A stretch of 64,000 nucleotides of DNA from Thermodesulfobacteriota bacterium (GCA_964291405.2 OZ219926.1:1600001-1664000), one strand, 5' to 3'. Positions 28,166-38,102 are shown, counted from the first letter of the stretch. Notes: generated by a model not told the origin, from the letters alone. Numbers and translations: made by a program.

Positions 28166-30055
28166 ATGCAGACCAGCCTCAGCTATCTTCAGGTCAATCG
28201 CGACCTGCTCAAAAATCTGCTCAGCTCGCCAACGCGTATCTGGTATGGCTTGCTCGGCTGTGACTTGGTGGTGTTGGCTTTTGGCCTGTACTGCTGGATC
28301 TATCAGATTCACTCAGGACTGGGCGTGACCGGTCTGGCTCACCCGGTCGGCTGGGGTGTGTATATCACCAACTTCGTCTTCTGGGTCGGTATTGCCCACT
28401 CGGGCACGCTGATTTCCGCGGTACTCTTTTTATTTCGGGCCCGCTGGCGTACGCCCATTGCCCGCAGCGCCGAGGCCATGACGATTTTTGCCGTGATGAC
28501 CGCCGGCCTGTTTCCCATTATCCATCTTGGACGGGCGTGGAATTTCTATTGGCTGCTGCCCTATCCCAATCAGCGTCAGCTCTGGGTCAATTTTCAGTCA
28601 CCCCTGGTCTGGGATGCGTTTGCGATCACTACTTATTTCACGGTGAGTTTTCTGTTCTGGTATACCGGTCTGATCCCCGACCTGGGGGCGGCGCGCGACC
28701 GCACCGCAGGGCTGCGCCGTAAACTCTACGCCCTCTTCTCGCTCGGCTGGCAGGGCACGGACCGGCAGTGGCATCACTATCTGAGCGCCTATGGATTTTT
28801 TGCAGCCCTGGCCACCCCGCTCGTGGTGTCCGTGCATAGCGTGGTGTCCTGGGATTTTGCCATGTCCATCGTGCCCGGCTGGCACAGCACCATCTTTGCC
28901 CCCTATTTTGTCGCCGGCGCCATCTTCTCCGGCCTGGCTATGGTCCTGACCCTGCTCATTCCGCTCCGCAGAATTTTCGGCCTCGAGGCCTATATCACCG
29001 ACTACCACTTCGACAATCTGGGCAAAATGATTATTCTCACCTCGCTGATTCTGAGCTATTCCTACGCCAGCGAATTCTTTATTGCCTGGTATAGCGCCAA
29101 TCCATACGAACGAAGCATCTTCTGGTATCGCGCGGTCGGCGACTATGCTCCGCTGTTCTGGCTGATGGTCGCCTGCAACTGCGTCGTCCCCATGCTGCTG
29201 TGGTGGAAGTCGATCCGCACCAGCACGCTGTGGCTATTCGGCATTGCCCTGCTGGTCAATGTCGGGATGTGGCTTGAGCGCTTTGTCATTATCGTGAGTT
29301 CATTATCGCACGAGTTCGATCCTTCGGCTTGGGGCCTGTACCAGCCTTCGTGGGTTGAAGTGGGTATGACGGTCGGCAGTTTTGCCTGGTTCTTTTTGTT
29401 CTTCCTGCTCTTCGTGAAATTCCTGCCGCTCGTGTCCTTGGCCGAAGTCAAGGAACACCTGCCGCCTGCGGATGCCGGTCCGTCGGCAGTCGAAACAGAC
29501 GAATCCGAACGTCCCCTTACGCCGTCCAACGAAACGGCTCGTGTCGGACGTGGAGCCGGCTTGGTTGGCGTTTTTACGAACCTGGAAAAGCTCGTCGCCG
29601 TGGTCCGCTCTCTGCGGCGAGACGGCTATAAAAACCTCAGCGTCGTCTCTCCGTTTCCGAGCCCTGCGCTGGAAGAAGCCCTCGGCACGCGCAAAAGTCC
29701 GGTTCGCTATTTTACGCTAATCGGCGGTCTGCTGGGCTGCGCCATCGGCTTTGCCTTACCCACCTACACGGCCTTGGACTGGCCGCTCCAAACCAGTGCC
29801 AAGCCCATTGTGGCTTTACCGGCCTTTGCCATTATCGCCTTTGAGCTGACCATTCTCTTTGGGGCGATTGCCACCCTGATTGGACTACTCGTCAACGCCC
29901 GGCTGCCAGCGCGTTCGGTTGCGATCACGCACGACCCACGTTTTTCAGAGGACCGCTTTGGCCTGCTCGTCCCGTGTACCGCCGAGCAGACCGGCACTGT
30001 CCGGCGACTGATTACGGCCGGCGGCGCAGAGGAGGTCTATGGCCAAGGTGGGTAG
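28166..30055 (+). CDS. actC: Alternative complex III NrfD-type quinol subunit ActC fused to an ActD (DUF3341)-like domain
   Basis: NFVFWVGIAHSGTLIS, IIHLGR, SVHSVVSWDFA; the last ~170 aa carry SPFP, IAFELTILF, DPRFSEDRFG. Confidence 0.9.
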   Translation: MQTSLSYLQVNRDLLKNLLSSPTRIWYGLLGCDLVVLAFGLYCWIYQIHSGLGVTGLAHPVGWGVYITNFVFWVGIAHSGTLISAVLFLFRARWRTPIARSAEAMTIFAVMTAGLFPIIHLGRAWNFYWLLPYPNQRQLWVNFQSPLVWDAFAITTYFTVSFLFWYTGLIPDLGAARDRTAGLRRKLYALFSLGWQGTDRQWHHYLSAYGFFAALATPLVVSVHSVVSWDFAMSIVPGWHSTIFAPYFVAGAIFSGLAMVLTLLIPLRRIFGLEAYITDYHFDNLGKMIILTSLILSYSYASEFFIAWYSANPYERSIFWYRAVGDYAPLFWLMVACNCVVPMLLWWKSIRTSTLWLFGIALLVNVGMWLERFVIIVSSLSHEFDPSAWGLYQPSWVEVGMTVGSFAWFFLFFLLFVKFLPLVSLAEVKEHLPPADAGPSAVETDESERPLTPSNETARVGRGAGLVGVFTNLEKLVAVVRSLRRDGYKNLSVVSPFPSPALEEALGTRKSPVRYFTLIGGLLGCAIGFALPTYTALDWPLQTSAKPIVALPAFAIIAFELTILFGAIATLIGLLVNARLPARSVAITHDPRFSEDRFGLLVPCTAEQTGTVRRLITAGGAEEVYGQGG

Positions 30056-30611
30056 GCATTACGCCGGCACGGGCATCCGTAACCGGTCATGGAGTCTCGT
30101 CAGTCTCGCTCTGGGTCTGGGGTTCTTCTACGTGACCTTTGCCCATGCTCTGCCCTGGAATGACGATATGTATTGGCAGCCCGAACTCGAGGCTGGAACC
30201 GCCGCTCAACCGCCCGTGGCCAACAGCGTGCCAACAACGGGCATTGAGCCGCCTATGTCGTCGCGTATTACCGAGCGCATAAGGGCCGGCCTGCGCGTAC
30301 GGAATCCGGTTGAACCCACCCCCCAGTCCATCCAGAACGGAGAAGGATTATTTCGGATTTACTGCACGATGTGCCACGGCGAGCAGGGTAGAGGCGACGG
30401 CCAGATGGTTGGCAAGGTCGTTCCCTCTTCGGATCTTCATACAGAGAGAATCAGAAACCAAAAAGACGGGTATTTGTACGCCACCATCCGGAGTGGTGGA
30501 CTGGTGATGCCTGCCTATCAACACGCGCTTTCAACCGCAGAGCGGTGGGACCTTGTGAATTACGTCCGCCATCTCCAACAACAGGAAGCCCAGCGGGATC
30601 AGTCACAATGA
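30039..30611 (+). CDS. actE: Alternative complex III monoheme cytochrome c
   Basis: DMYWQP, CTMCH, MPAY, RWDLVNYVRHLQ. Confidence 0.85.
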   Translation: MAKVGRHYAGTGIRNRSWSLVSLALGLGFFYVTFAHALPWNDDMYWQPELEAGTAAQPPVANSVPTTGIEPPMSSRITERIRAGLRVRNPVEPTPQSIQNGEGLFRIYCTMCHGEQGRGDGQMVGKVVPSSDLHTERIRNQKDGYLYATIRSGGLVMPAYQHALSTAERWDLVNYVRHLQQQEAQRDQSQ

Positions 30612-31795
30612 GTGCCGAGACCCTCACAGGAGTGTCCCAGAGCGTATCTCCAGAGACGCCCTCTCGCCCTTTTACCCTTAGCCTGTGGGCCCTGGCCGGG
30701 CTGGGTCTGATCACTTTTCTCATGGGTGTTACCGGGGAGAACGCCCAACGGGCGTGGCAGGCATATTTGGTCAACTGGCTTTTCTGGTCGGGACTGGCGC
30801 TCAGCGGACTGACGTTTTCAGCCCTTCTTCGGGTCACAAAAGCGGAATGGGCTGGACCGTTGCGGCAGCTCGCCGAGGCGCTGGCCGCTTTTCTGCCGAT
30901 CTCCTTTTTTCTTCTTCTTTTCCTCTTTCTGGGCAGTGAGCAACTCTTCTCGTGGATATCTGACCCGATAGCGGCCAAACAAGCCTGGTTAAATAAGCCC
31001 TTTTTGATGCTCCGTACTCTCTTTGGTTGCGTTCTCCTCTACGGCTGCGGGTTCGCCCTGCTGCGGGTTTCACTCCGAGCAAGTCGCACTCTCCCTCGTG
31101 TCCTGGTCCCGTTTGTTTCTCACGAGAACGTCGCGAATAGAGCCAAGCGGCAGCGGCAGCTCGCGATCCTCTCGTCTCTTTTTCTTGTGCTCTATGCGAT
31201 TGTCTTCAGCCTGTTTGCTTTTGATCTGGTGATGGCGCTTGAACCGCACTGGATCAGTACTTTATTCGGTGCCTATTTTTGTATCGGGAATCTGTATGCG
31301 GGGCTCAGCCTCCTCGCCATTCTCGCCGTGCCGAGACGCGCATCCACTCTTTTTTCTGCTGAACGCAGCCACGACCTTGGCAAGCTTATCTTTGGCTTTT
31401 GTGTCTTATGGACCTATCTGTTCTGGTGTCAATATTTACCGATCTGGTATGGCAATCTGCCGGAGGAGACCGGTTTTCTCGCCGTCCGCTTGTTTGACGA
31501 GCCGTGGACAACGATCAGTTTTTTTGTCTTGCTCCTCAATTTTCTCCTGCCTTTCCCCATCCTGCTGCTGCAATGGGTCAAGCGTGCCCCGGTCGCTTTG
31601 GCCTGTATCAGTGCCCTTATCCTGGTCGGCATGTGGCTTGAGCGCTATGTCCTGGTTGTCCCCTCCATCTGGCAGGAAGACTGGCTCCCGCTGGGCTGGA
31701 TAGAATTGGGGGTGCTGCTGGGTTTCTTTGCCCTGTTCACACTGGCCTTTCGAGCCTGGATGAGGATATTTCCCATACGGATTCCTGCAGCCTAA
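30608..31795 (+). CDS. actF: Alternative complex III membrane subunit
   Basis: FDLVMALEPHWISTLFG, HDLGKL, QYLPIWYGNLPEE. Confidence 0.88.
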   Translation: MSAETLTGVSQSVSPETPSRPFTLSLWALAGLGLITFLMGVTGENAQRAWQAYLVNWLFWSGLALSGLTFSALLRVTKAEWAGPLRQLAEALAAFLPISFFLLLFLFLGSEQLFSWISDPIAAKQAWLNKPFLMLRTLFGCVLLYGCGFALLRVSLRASRTLPRVLVPFVSHENVANRAKRQRQLAILSSLFLVLYAIVFSLFAFDLVMALEPHWISTLFGAYFCIGNLYAGLSLLAILAVPRRASTLFSAERSHDLGKLIFGFCVLWTYLFWCQYLPIWYGNLPEETGFLAVRLFDEPWTTISFFVLLLNFLLPFPILLLQWVKRAPVALACISALILVGMWLERYVLVVPSIWQEDWLPLGWIELGVLLGFFALFTLAFRAWMRIFPIRIPAA

Positions 31796-31827
31796 CCGTT
31801 CGGCCTGGGGCTACGGAAACAAGTCAG

Positions 31828-31847
31828 GGGCTCACAGGTGAGCCCTT
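31828..31847 (+). terminator. Hairpin after actF
   Basis: GGGCTCAC-AG-GTGAGCCC. Confidence 0.4.
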
Positions 31848-31889
31848 CAGCAAGTTTTTGAGACAGAGTAAGGAGCTGAACTACCGACC

Positions 31890-32507
31890 ATGCGTATCCT
31901 TCAACACGCCAAATATCTGGGGTGTATTGGTCTGTTGCTGCTCCTGCTTATTGGCATTTTCGATATCTACGGCGTGCAGATGACCCAACTGTCCCGCGAT
32001 CCTTTACAACGGCTACAGCTGCCGGTCTATCTCGGCCTGCTATCCTATCTCGGCGTCCTGGCGTGGTGTGCCGCCTCTGCCATTATGCTCTTCTCCGCCT
32101 TTCTCCTTCGCCAAGGCCACCCTGACAGCCTACCGGCTCGCTTCCTGGTCTGGATGGGCATATTGGCAGCCATCCTTTTTCTCGACGATCTGTTTATGGT
32201 GCACGACACGATTGTGCCCGTACACCTGCACCTCCCCGAGATGAGCTTTTACCTCGTCTATGCAGGGTATACAGGTTGGCTTCTTTTTCGGTTCTGGAGG
32301 TTCATCCTTGAACAGACCGACTATATACTTTTCCTCCTTGCCGGTGTTTGTTTTGGCTCCAGTGTGGCCATTGATATCGACCTCATCCCTGGAAAGATTG
32401 GCACTGAAGACACGCTCAAGATGTTCGGGATTATGATCCACTGTTATTACTGTATCCTGACCGCTGTACGCGCAGTCCGCTCAGCCCCTCCTCCTGGCCC
32501 ACGCTAA
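31890..32507 (+). CDS. Hypothetical membrane protein
   Basis: RBS AGGAG; about six hydrophobic segments; LDDLFMVHD and EDTLK motifs. Confidence 0.7.
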   Translation: MRILQHAKYLGCIGLLLLLLIGIFDIYGVQMTQLSRDPLQRLQLPVYLGLLSYLGVLAWCAASAIMLFSAFLLRQGHPDSLPARFLVWMGILAAILFLDDLFMVHDTIVPVHLHLPEMSFYLVYAGYTGWLLFRFWRFILEQTDYILFLLAGVCFGSSVAIDIDLIPGKIGTEDTLKMFGIMIHCYYCILTAVRAVRSAPPPGPR

Positions 32508-32700
32508 CTGTTCTCCCGTTCTAGCCTGACAATCTCCAAATGAATGTTCCCACAGGGTTGTACCTTTTCGCATTTCACGTCATACTGCCGACCTTCCAGT
32601 ACCGGTTTGTCATTAAGGTTGCATTTCAACTTGGCCGTTACGGCCACGGGAACTCCGCACCGGCTGATGCTGGTGTGGACTGACCCGAGAGGAGGTCATC

Positions 32701-33081
32701 ATCGGAAACAAGATTTTTGTTGGAAACTTGAACTTTGACACCACACGGGGCGAGCTGGAAGCGCTTTTTTCTGAAGTGGGTGAACTCGTCGAAGTTTTTC
32801 TCCCGTCTGACAGGGCGACCGGCCGACCGCGGGGATTTGCCTTTGTCGAATTCACCGACCCCGCCTCTATTCCTGCTGCGGTAGAGCGCTTCGACGGGTA
32901 CGAACTCGACGGTAGAAACCTCCGGGTCAACCAGGCAGAGGATCGTCCACCTCGACGGCCCTCACATCCTTCGGGTGGCGGTGGTGAGCGTTCTTTTGAA
33001 CGACCGTGGGGGGGACCGAGGGGCGGCGCAAAGCCAAAGGGCAGTCGTCGCAATCTTCGTAGAGGAAAGCGCAGTTTGTAG
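32701..33081 (+). CDS. RRM (RNP-1) RNA-binding protein with an apparent ATC start
   Basis: GGAGG five nt before ATC GGA AAC AAG ATT TTT GTT GGA AAC; RNP2 KIFVGNL; RNP1 RGFAFVEF; Gly/Arg-rich tail. Confidence 0.88.
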   Translation: MGNKIFVGNLNFDTTRGELEALFSEVGELVEVFLPSDRATGRPRGFAFVEFTDPASIPAAVERFDGYELDGRNLRVNQAEDRPPRRPSHPSGGGGERSFERPWGGPRGGAKPKGSRRNLRRGKRSL

Positions 33082-33106
33082 ATTTCGTCTTCTCAGCTGT
33101 AACGTG

Positions 33107-33135
33107 GCGGCGGGCTCAACAGCCCGCCGTTTTTG
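33107..33135 (+). terminator. Rho-independent terminator
   Basis: GCGGCGGGCT-CAAC-AGCCCGCCGT followed by TTTT. Confidence 0.7.
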
Positions 33136-33318
33136 CGCTTGACCCCTGCGCTGCTCGACCCCAATGGCAGGCGGACCGTCCACACTCCCCGGCTAGAAAG
33201 ATAAACGTACCCAGCACCTTCTGTCTGGTGGAGGACACGTTTACCCTTTACCTCATATCCAATACCTGACATTGTGGTCCGCATATCGACGCGTGCCAAA
33301 GCGTAACAGGAGGGACGT

Positions 33319-34089
33319 ATGCTTCAAGTTTTCTCTATGCCAGTGGGCTTTCTCGAATTCGACAGTCGGCTCTTCTTTCCGCAGGACGAGCAGGGAGAGC
33401 AGATCACTATTCCCGTACCGAGCTATTTGATCACGCACCCCAAAGGGAATGTAGTCTTTGACACCGGCGTACACTGCTCTTGCATAGACGACGCCAAGGG
33501 CCGTCTTGGCGATATTGCCGATGCGTTTGCCCCCCGCGCCAAACCGGGCGAGGAAATTGTCAGCCAGTTAGCGAAATTCAAGCTCACCCCGGATGATATC
33601 ACCTATGTGGCTAACTCGCACTTCCACTTCGATCATGCGGGTGGGAACGAGTTTTTTCCGCACTCGACCTTTCTCGTCCAGAAAAACGAGCTTGAGGCGT
33701 CAAAAGACCCGGCCCTCCGAGAAAAGGCGTTTTTTGACCCCCAGGACTACGATCACCCGCTCAACTATCAGCCCGTAAACGGTGAACTGGACATCTTTGA
33801 TGACGGTACGCTGGTACTTTTTCCAACTCATGGCCATACTCCAGGCCACCAGTCCATGCGTATTCGTATCACCAAAGGCACAGACATCGTGGTGACCGCG
33901 GATGCTTGTTACACCAAGCGCAATATGGATGAGAACATGTTGCCGTCGATTGCCTATGATACGGATGAGATGTATCGCTCGCTCGGTACGCTACGCGACC
34001 TGAGAGACAAACAAGGCGCAACGATTCTCTACGGCCACGACCCGGCCCAGTGGCAGCAGGTCAAACACGCCCCTGAGCCGCTGGCATAA
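33319..34089 (+). CDS. N-acyl homoserine lactonase family metallo-beta-lactamase
   Basis: PVPSYLITHPKG, FDTG, SHFHFDHAG, GHTPGHQS, DACY, GHD. Confidence 0.85.
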   Translation: MLQVFSMPVGFLEFDSRLFFPQDEQGEQITIPVPSYLITHPKGNVVFDTGVHCSCIDDAKGRLGDIADAFAPRAKPGEEIVSQLAKFKLTPDDITYVANSHFHFDHAGGNEFFPHSTFLVQKNELEASKDPALREKAFFDPQDYDHPLNYQPVNGELDIFDDGTLVLFPTHGHTPGHQSMRIRITKGTDIVVTADACYTKRNMDENMLPSIAYDTDEMYRSLGTLRDLRDKQGATILYGHDPAQWQQVKHAPEPLA

Positions 34090-34098
34090 CCATCGAGA

Positions 34099-34124
34099 AC
34101 CGGGGCTCGGGTTTGAGCCCCGGT
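34099..34124. terminator. Hairpin between convergent genes
   Basis: ACCGGGGCTC-GGGTTT-GAGCCCCGGT. Confidence 0.55.
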
Positions 34125-34465
34125 CAGGACCAGGTTTTCCAGACCTCGGGGCAATGCCCGACCGTTGCTTCCTTGCCGTTGCGGACAACGGGCGTGCGCA
34201 TGAGAAGGGCGTCTTCAAGGAGCAGGGTTTCGATCCGGGCAGCGTTCAGCGAGGCGTGCGTCAGTCCTTTTTCAACAAAGCGCTTGCCGGCTGTATCGAT
34301 TAAATCCTTCAACGGGACACGCGCCGCCACCGAGCGCAGTTCGCCCTTAGACATTTCTTTTTGGCTGAGATCAATAAAATGAAAAGGAATGCGGCGCTCC
34401 TTGAAAAAGCGCTGGGCCTTACGGGTCTCAGAACATTTTTTCAGGCCAAAAATCTGAATATTCAT
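34124..34465 (-). CDS. ArsC/Spx/MgsR family protein
   Basis: IQIFGLKKCSETRKAQRFFKER, LMRTPVVRNG. Confidence 0.85.
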   Translation of the reverse strand: MNIQIFGLKKCSETRKAQRFFKERRIPFHFIDLSQKEMSKGELRSVAARVPLKDLIDTAGKRFVEKGLTHASLNAARIETLLLEDALLMRTPVVRNGKEATVGHCPEVWKTWS

Positions 34466-34588
34466 CGATTACTCCTTCTCCCGCGCCCACGGTCGGTAGA
34501 GGCCGGATCAGGCATTCTCCTTACTTGACAGAATCCTCAAATCACCCATAGGCTATACGCCCTCTTGTCCTACCAATCGGAGGGAGTT

Positions 34589-36709
34589 TTGTACAATAAG
34601 ACCTTTGTTCTTCTCTTTACCCTCTTCTTACTGGGGGAGTTTTTAGTCTTGCGCACCCAGGCACTCGCCCAGGAGCAGCAGTCGCCGGGATCCTCAGACA
34701 CGCCCAGTACCCAGACCCGGCCATTGAGCCCAACCGAGCTTGAGCCCATCGTCGTTACCGCGACCCGGAGCAATACCTCCCTGGCCGAGGTACCGGCAGC
34801 GGTGAGCGTCATTGACCGTTCAGATATCCAACTCGGGCTACCGACTGTCGGCTTTGAGGAGCCGCTCAGCCGTATCCCCGGCGTTTTTGCCCAGAACAGC
34901 GCGAATTTTGCCCAAGATTTCCGTCTCTCAATTCGTGGCTTTGGTACCCGGACCGCTTTTGGGGTGCGTGAGGTCAAGGTGCTGGTTGATGGCATCCCAG
35001 AGACCTCCCCGGACGGGCAAACCCAGCTTGATAATATCGATCTCGGGGCGGCCCAACGGATCGAGGTTTTGCGCGGGCCATCGTCTTCGCTGTACGGCAA
35101 TGCGTCCGGGGGCGTCATCAACATCATTACCGAGGACGGTCCAACCACACCGTTTCTTGAGACGCGCCTGATGGGAGGATCGTTTGGCCTCCAGAAATAT
35201 CAGGCAAAAACAGGGGGGCAGGCCGGCAAGCTGAATTATATGCTGAATGCCTCGTATCTGTCTCTGGGTGGTTTCCGGAATCATAGCCGCGCGCAAAATG
35301 TTTTGCTGACCGGCAAGCTGAAATACACGCTCAGCCCCACGTCCCATCTCACCACCCTGATGAGCTTTATGGACGCGCCCTTTGCCGACGACCCGGGCGG
35401 TATCACGCGGGCGCAGGTCGATGCGGACCGCGAGCAGGCCCGCGACCGGAATGTCCTGCTCGATTCGGGCGAACGGGTGACCCATGGCCGGCTCGGCTTT
35501 GTGTATCGCAACCAGTTTCTCCCAGGGCACGAACTCACAGTCACGCAGTACTCTGTATTCCGTCAGTTCGAGACCAAGCTACCCATCATTCCCCGCTTCG
35601 GTTCCGGTGTGGTCAAATTTGACCGCTTTGGGGTCGGTGGCAGCGTCAAGTACGCGCATGACGGTCGGTTCTTCGGGTTTCGGAATCGTTTTATGCTAGG
35701 CGTTGACGTCGAGTTGCAGGCCGATAATCGCCGCCGGTTTGATAATAACGAGGGGGATGTTGGTCAGCGCCGCTTCCACCAAGACGAAGACGTGCGCAGC
35801 GTCGGCCCGTTCCTGCACGACGTCTTCTATCTGCGCGACAATCTCCAGCTCAGTTTTGGGCTGCGCTACGACGATGTCCGTTTTTCGGTGAATGATCAGT
35901 TTCTCGAAGACGGCGACCAGTCCGGCGTGCAGACCTTCGATCACATCAGTCCCATGGGAGGCATTCTGTACAGCCCGCTTGAGAATCTGCACGTGTATGC
36001 CAATGTCTCCACCGCATTCCAGGTGCCGACCACGACCGAGTTGGCCCGGCCCGACGAAGGGGGAGGCTTCAATAACGACCTGAATCCGCAGCAAGCTCTG
36101 AATTACGAAATCGGGGCACGCGGCAATATCTGGAGCCGCCTCACGTATAATTTTGCCCTGTTCTGGATTGTCATCGATGACGAACTGGTGGCGTTTGAGA
36201 GCGAATCGGGCCGGAACTTCTTTCGCAACGCGGGCCGTTCTGAGCGGAAGGGGCTGGAACTCGCGTTTGATATCACCCTGATGGAAGGTCTCCGCTGGAC
36301 CCTGGCCTATAGTTTCCTCGATGCTGAATTTGACCGTTTTATTACCCCGAGCGGTCGCTTTGATAATAAAGACGAGCCCGGCATTCCCCCGCATCAACTC
36401 TTTACCGAACTCTTCTACGCTCATCCCTCCGGCTTCTACGGCGCGTTGAGCATTCAGCACGTGGATGACTTCTATGTGAATAACGCCAACTCGGCAGAGA
36501 ACGATGCGTACACCGTGCTGAATCTGCGCATGGGCTATGAAATGATGGTGGGGAACAGCCGTATCGCACCCTTTGTCGGTATCCGAAACATTGCCGACGA
36601 CGGCTATAACGGCCTCACCCGTCTGAACGCACTGGGCGGACGTTTCTTCGAGCCCTCAGCCGGTATCAACGCCTACGGTGGCGTGACTGTGAGCTACGAT
36701 TTCTTATAG
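34589..36709 (+). CDS. TonB-dependent receptor
   Basis: Signal peptide; TonB box LEPIVVTATR; plug motif RIEVLRGPSSSLYGNASGGVINI; terminal YDFL. Confidence 0.92.
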   Translation: MYNKTFVLLFTLFLLGEFLVLRTQALAQEQQSPGSSDTPSTQTRPLSPTELEPIVVTATRSNTSLAEVPAAVSVIDRSDIQLGLPTVGFEEPLSRIPGVFAQNSANFAQDFRLSIRGFGTRTAFGVREVKVLVDGIPETSPDGQTQLDNIDLGAAQRIEVLRGPSSSLYGNASGGVINIITEDGPTTPFLETRLMGGSFGLQKYQAKTGGQAGKLNYMLNASYLSLGGFRNHSRAQNVLLTGKLKYTLSPTSHLTTLMSFMDAPFADDPGGITRAQVDADREQARDRNVLLDSGERVTHGRLGFVYRNQFLPGHELTVTQYSVFRQFETKLPIIPRFGSGVVKFDRFGVGGSVKYAHDGRFFGFRNRFMLGVDVELQADNRRRFDNNEGDVGQRRFHQDEDVRSVGPFLHDVFYLRDNLQLSFGLRYDDVRFSVNDQFLEDGDQSGVQTFDHISPMGGILYSPLENLHVYANVSTAFQVPTTTELARPDEGGGFNNDLNPQQALNYEIGARGNIWSRLTYNFALFWIVIDDELVAFESESGRNFFRNAGRSERKGLELAFDITLMEGLRWTLAYSFLDAEFDRFITPSGRFDNKDEPGIPPHQLFTELFYAHPSGFYGALSIQHVDDFYVNNANSAENDAYTVLNLRMGYEMMVGNSRIAPFVGIRNIADDGYNGLTRLNALGGRFFEPSAGINAYGGVTVSYDFL

Positions 36710-36754
36710 ACCGCAGCGTATACAGACGGATCGAAAGCTTACGGGAGTTGGGAC

Positions 36755-36841
36755 ATGGATATTATCGTCTCCCTGGTTTTTCTGGCGTTTGTCGGCACGC
36801 TGATCTATTGCGCCCTTGATGCGCTACGCCGAACCAAGTAG
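36755..36841 (+). CDS. Putative single-helix membrane microprotein, 28 aa
   Basis: GGGAG upstream; MDIIVSLVFLAFVGTLIYCALDALRRTK. Confidence 0.45.
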   Translation: MDIIVSLVFLAFVGTLIYCALDALRRTK

Positions 36842-37957
36842 CTACCTTTCCCCCAGGCCCTCAAACCACGGCATCACCAGCGTCTCGTTGATCGAGTACG
36901 GATAGGCGTGGCCCCAATCCGGCAGTTCCTTATAGGTCACGTTGTAGCCCAGCTTTGTCAGTCCATCGTGCGTCTGTCGGGTGACATCAACGGCAAAGAT
37001 CGGGTCCTGTTCGCCATGCACGATAAAGATGGGCAGGTCTTTGCCCTGACCGCGCCTCAAGAGATGATTGATCGCGGGATGAATCCGCCCGGCCACCGGG
37101 GCAATGCCAGCAAAAATATCCGCATACGCGAGCCCGAGGACATAGGTAAAAATTCCCCCGTCAGAGAATCCGGTGAGATACACGCGCCCGCGGTCCACCG
37201 CATAGGTATCCCACACCTCTTCCAGCATCGTGAGGATAGAGCGGCGGTCCAGAACGGGATTCGGAGGGATGCCGGGCAAACGAATAGCCGACCAGGTTTC
37301 CCGCACCGACTTCGGGGCGAGCAGCATATAGCCCTTGCTCTTTGCGGCCCGGAGCCACGTCAGCAGATAGTCGTCTTCCCGGCTGTAGCCGCTGTGGAGA
37401 CAAACAATGAGTGGCCATTCGGTGTGCGGCGTATAATTCTCGGGCACATATAAGGCATAGGCCGAGCGTTGCTCCTCTCGTTCTTTGCGGATGATGCCGA
37501 CCGGGACGTCCAGGTCCGGCGTTTGCATTTCCAAGGCCGGGAGAGATGTCAGGACATCCGGGAAAACCCAGTGTTGTTGGAGGATGGGCAGCCCGGCCCG
37601 CAGTTCGTACAACAGATGTTTCCCCCGGCAGAACTCATACCGCCCTTTCAGGAAATCCATGGCAAATTCTTGGCCGGTGAAAAGCAACAGGAACGCATAG
37701 GCGTCGGCACAATGCTGAACCGCTTTGCTGAACGTGGTGTGAAACTCTTGAAGCGGCTCCGGTGGAGAAAAGAGTGCTAGGTCTGCCTGTAATGCCTCGA
37801 CCGTCTCCCCGAGTCTATCTTTCAACTGGGCATTCTGTTCGGCCAGGCGATGGATATGGAGCCCTTCGAGATGAGCTTCGATTGTCCGCAGGAAGTCCAG
37901 GAGCCGTTGCTCAGCTTGCCGCATTCCAGCGGTGTATTGATCGCCCTGTGTTTCCAT
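36842..37957 (-). CDS. Phospholipase/carboxylesterase (alpha/beta hydrolase) with an N-terminal helical extension
   Basis: GFSDGG nucleophile motif, HGEQD, WGHAYP. Confidence 0.8.
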   Translation of the reverse strand: METQGDQYTAGMRQAEQRLLDFLRTIEAHLEGLHIHRLAEQNAQLKDRLGETVEALQADLALFSPPEPLQEFHTTFSKAVQHCADAYAFLLLFTGQEFAMDFLKGRYEFCRGKHLLYELRAGLPILQQHWVFPDVLTSLPALEMQTPDLDVPVGIIRKEREEQRSAYALYVPENYTPHTEWPLIVCLHSGYSREDDYLLTWLRAAKSKGYMLLAPKSVRETWSAIRLPGIPPNPVLDRRSILTMLEEVWDTYAVDRGRVYLTGFSDGGIFTYVLGLAYADIFAGIAPVAGRIHPAINHLLRRGQGKDLPIFIVHGEQDPIFAVDVTRQTHDGLTKLGYNVTYKELPDWGHAYPYSINETLVMPWFEGLGER

Positions 37958-38102
37958 GGCCCCCTCCCTTTTGGACATGGATGACCGAAATCAAGATCAG
38001 ACCTGACAAGGTAGCCCTGGTCCCCTTCTCCTTGACAGCGAAGAAAGAGTCATGTTTCTCTGCTGCAACCGTCGATCACCAGACTGTCATATCAGGCTTT
38101 AT

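Noticed and set aside
33093-33299. 68-aa minus-strand ORF
   Set aside because: Overlaps a terminator, has no recognisable motif and no clear RBS.
34500-34590. Cobalamin or TPP riboswitch upstream of TonB receptors (also 41054-41195)
   Set aside because: No B12 box or TPP core motif seen in these short intergenic regions.
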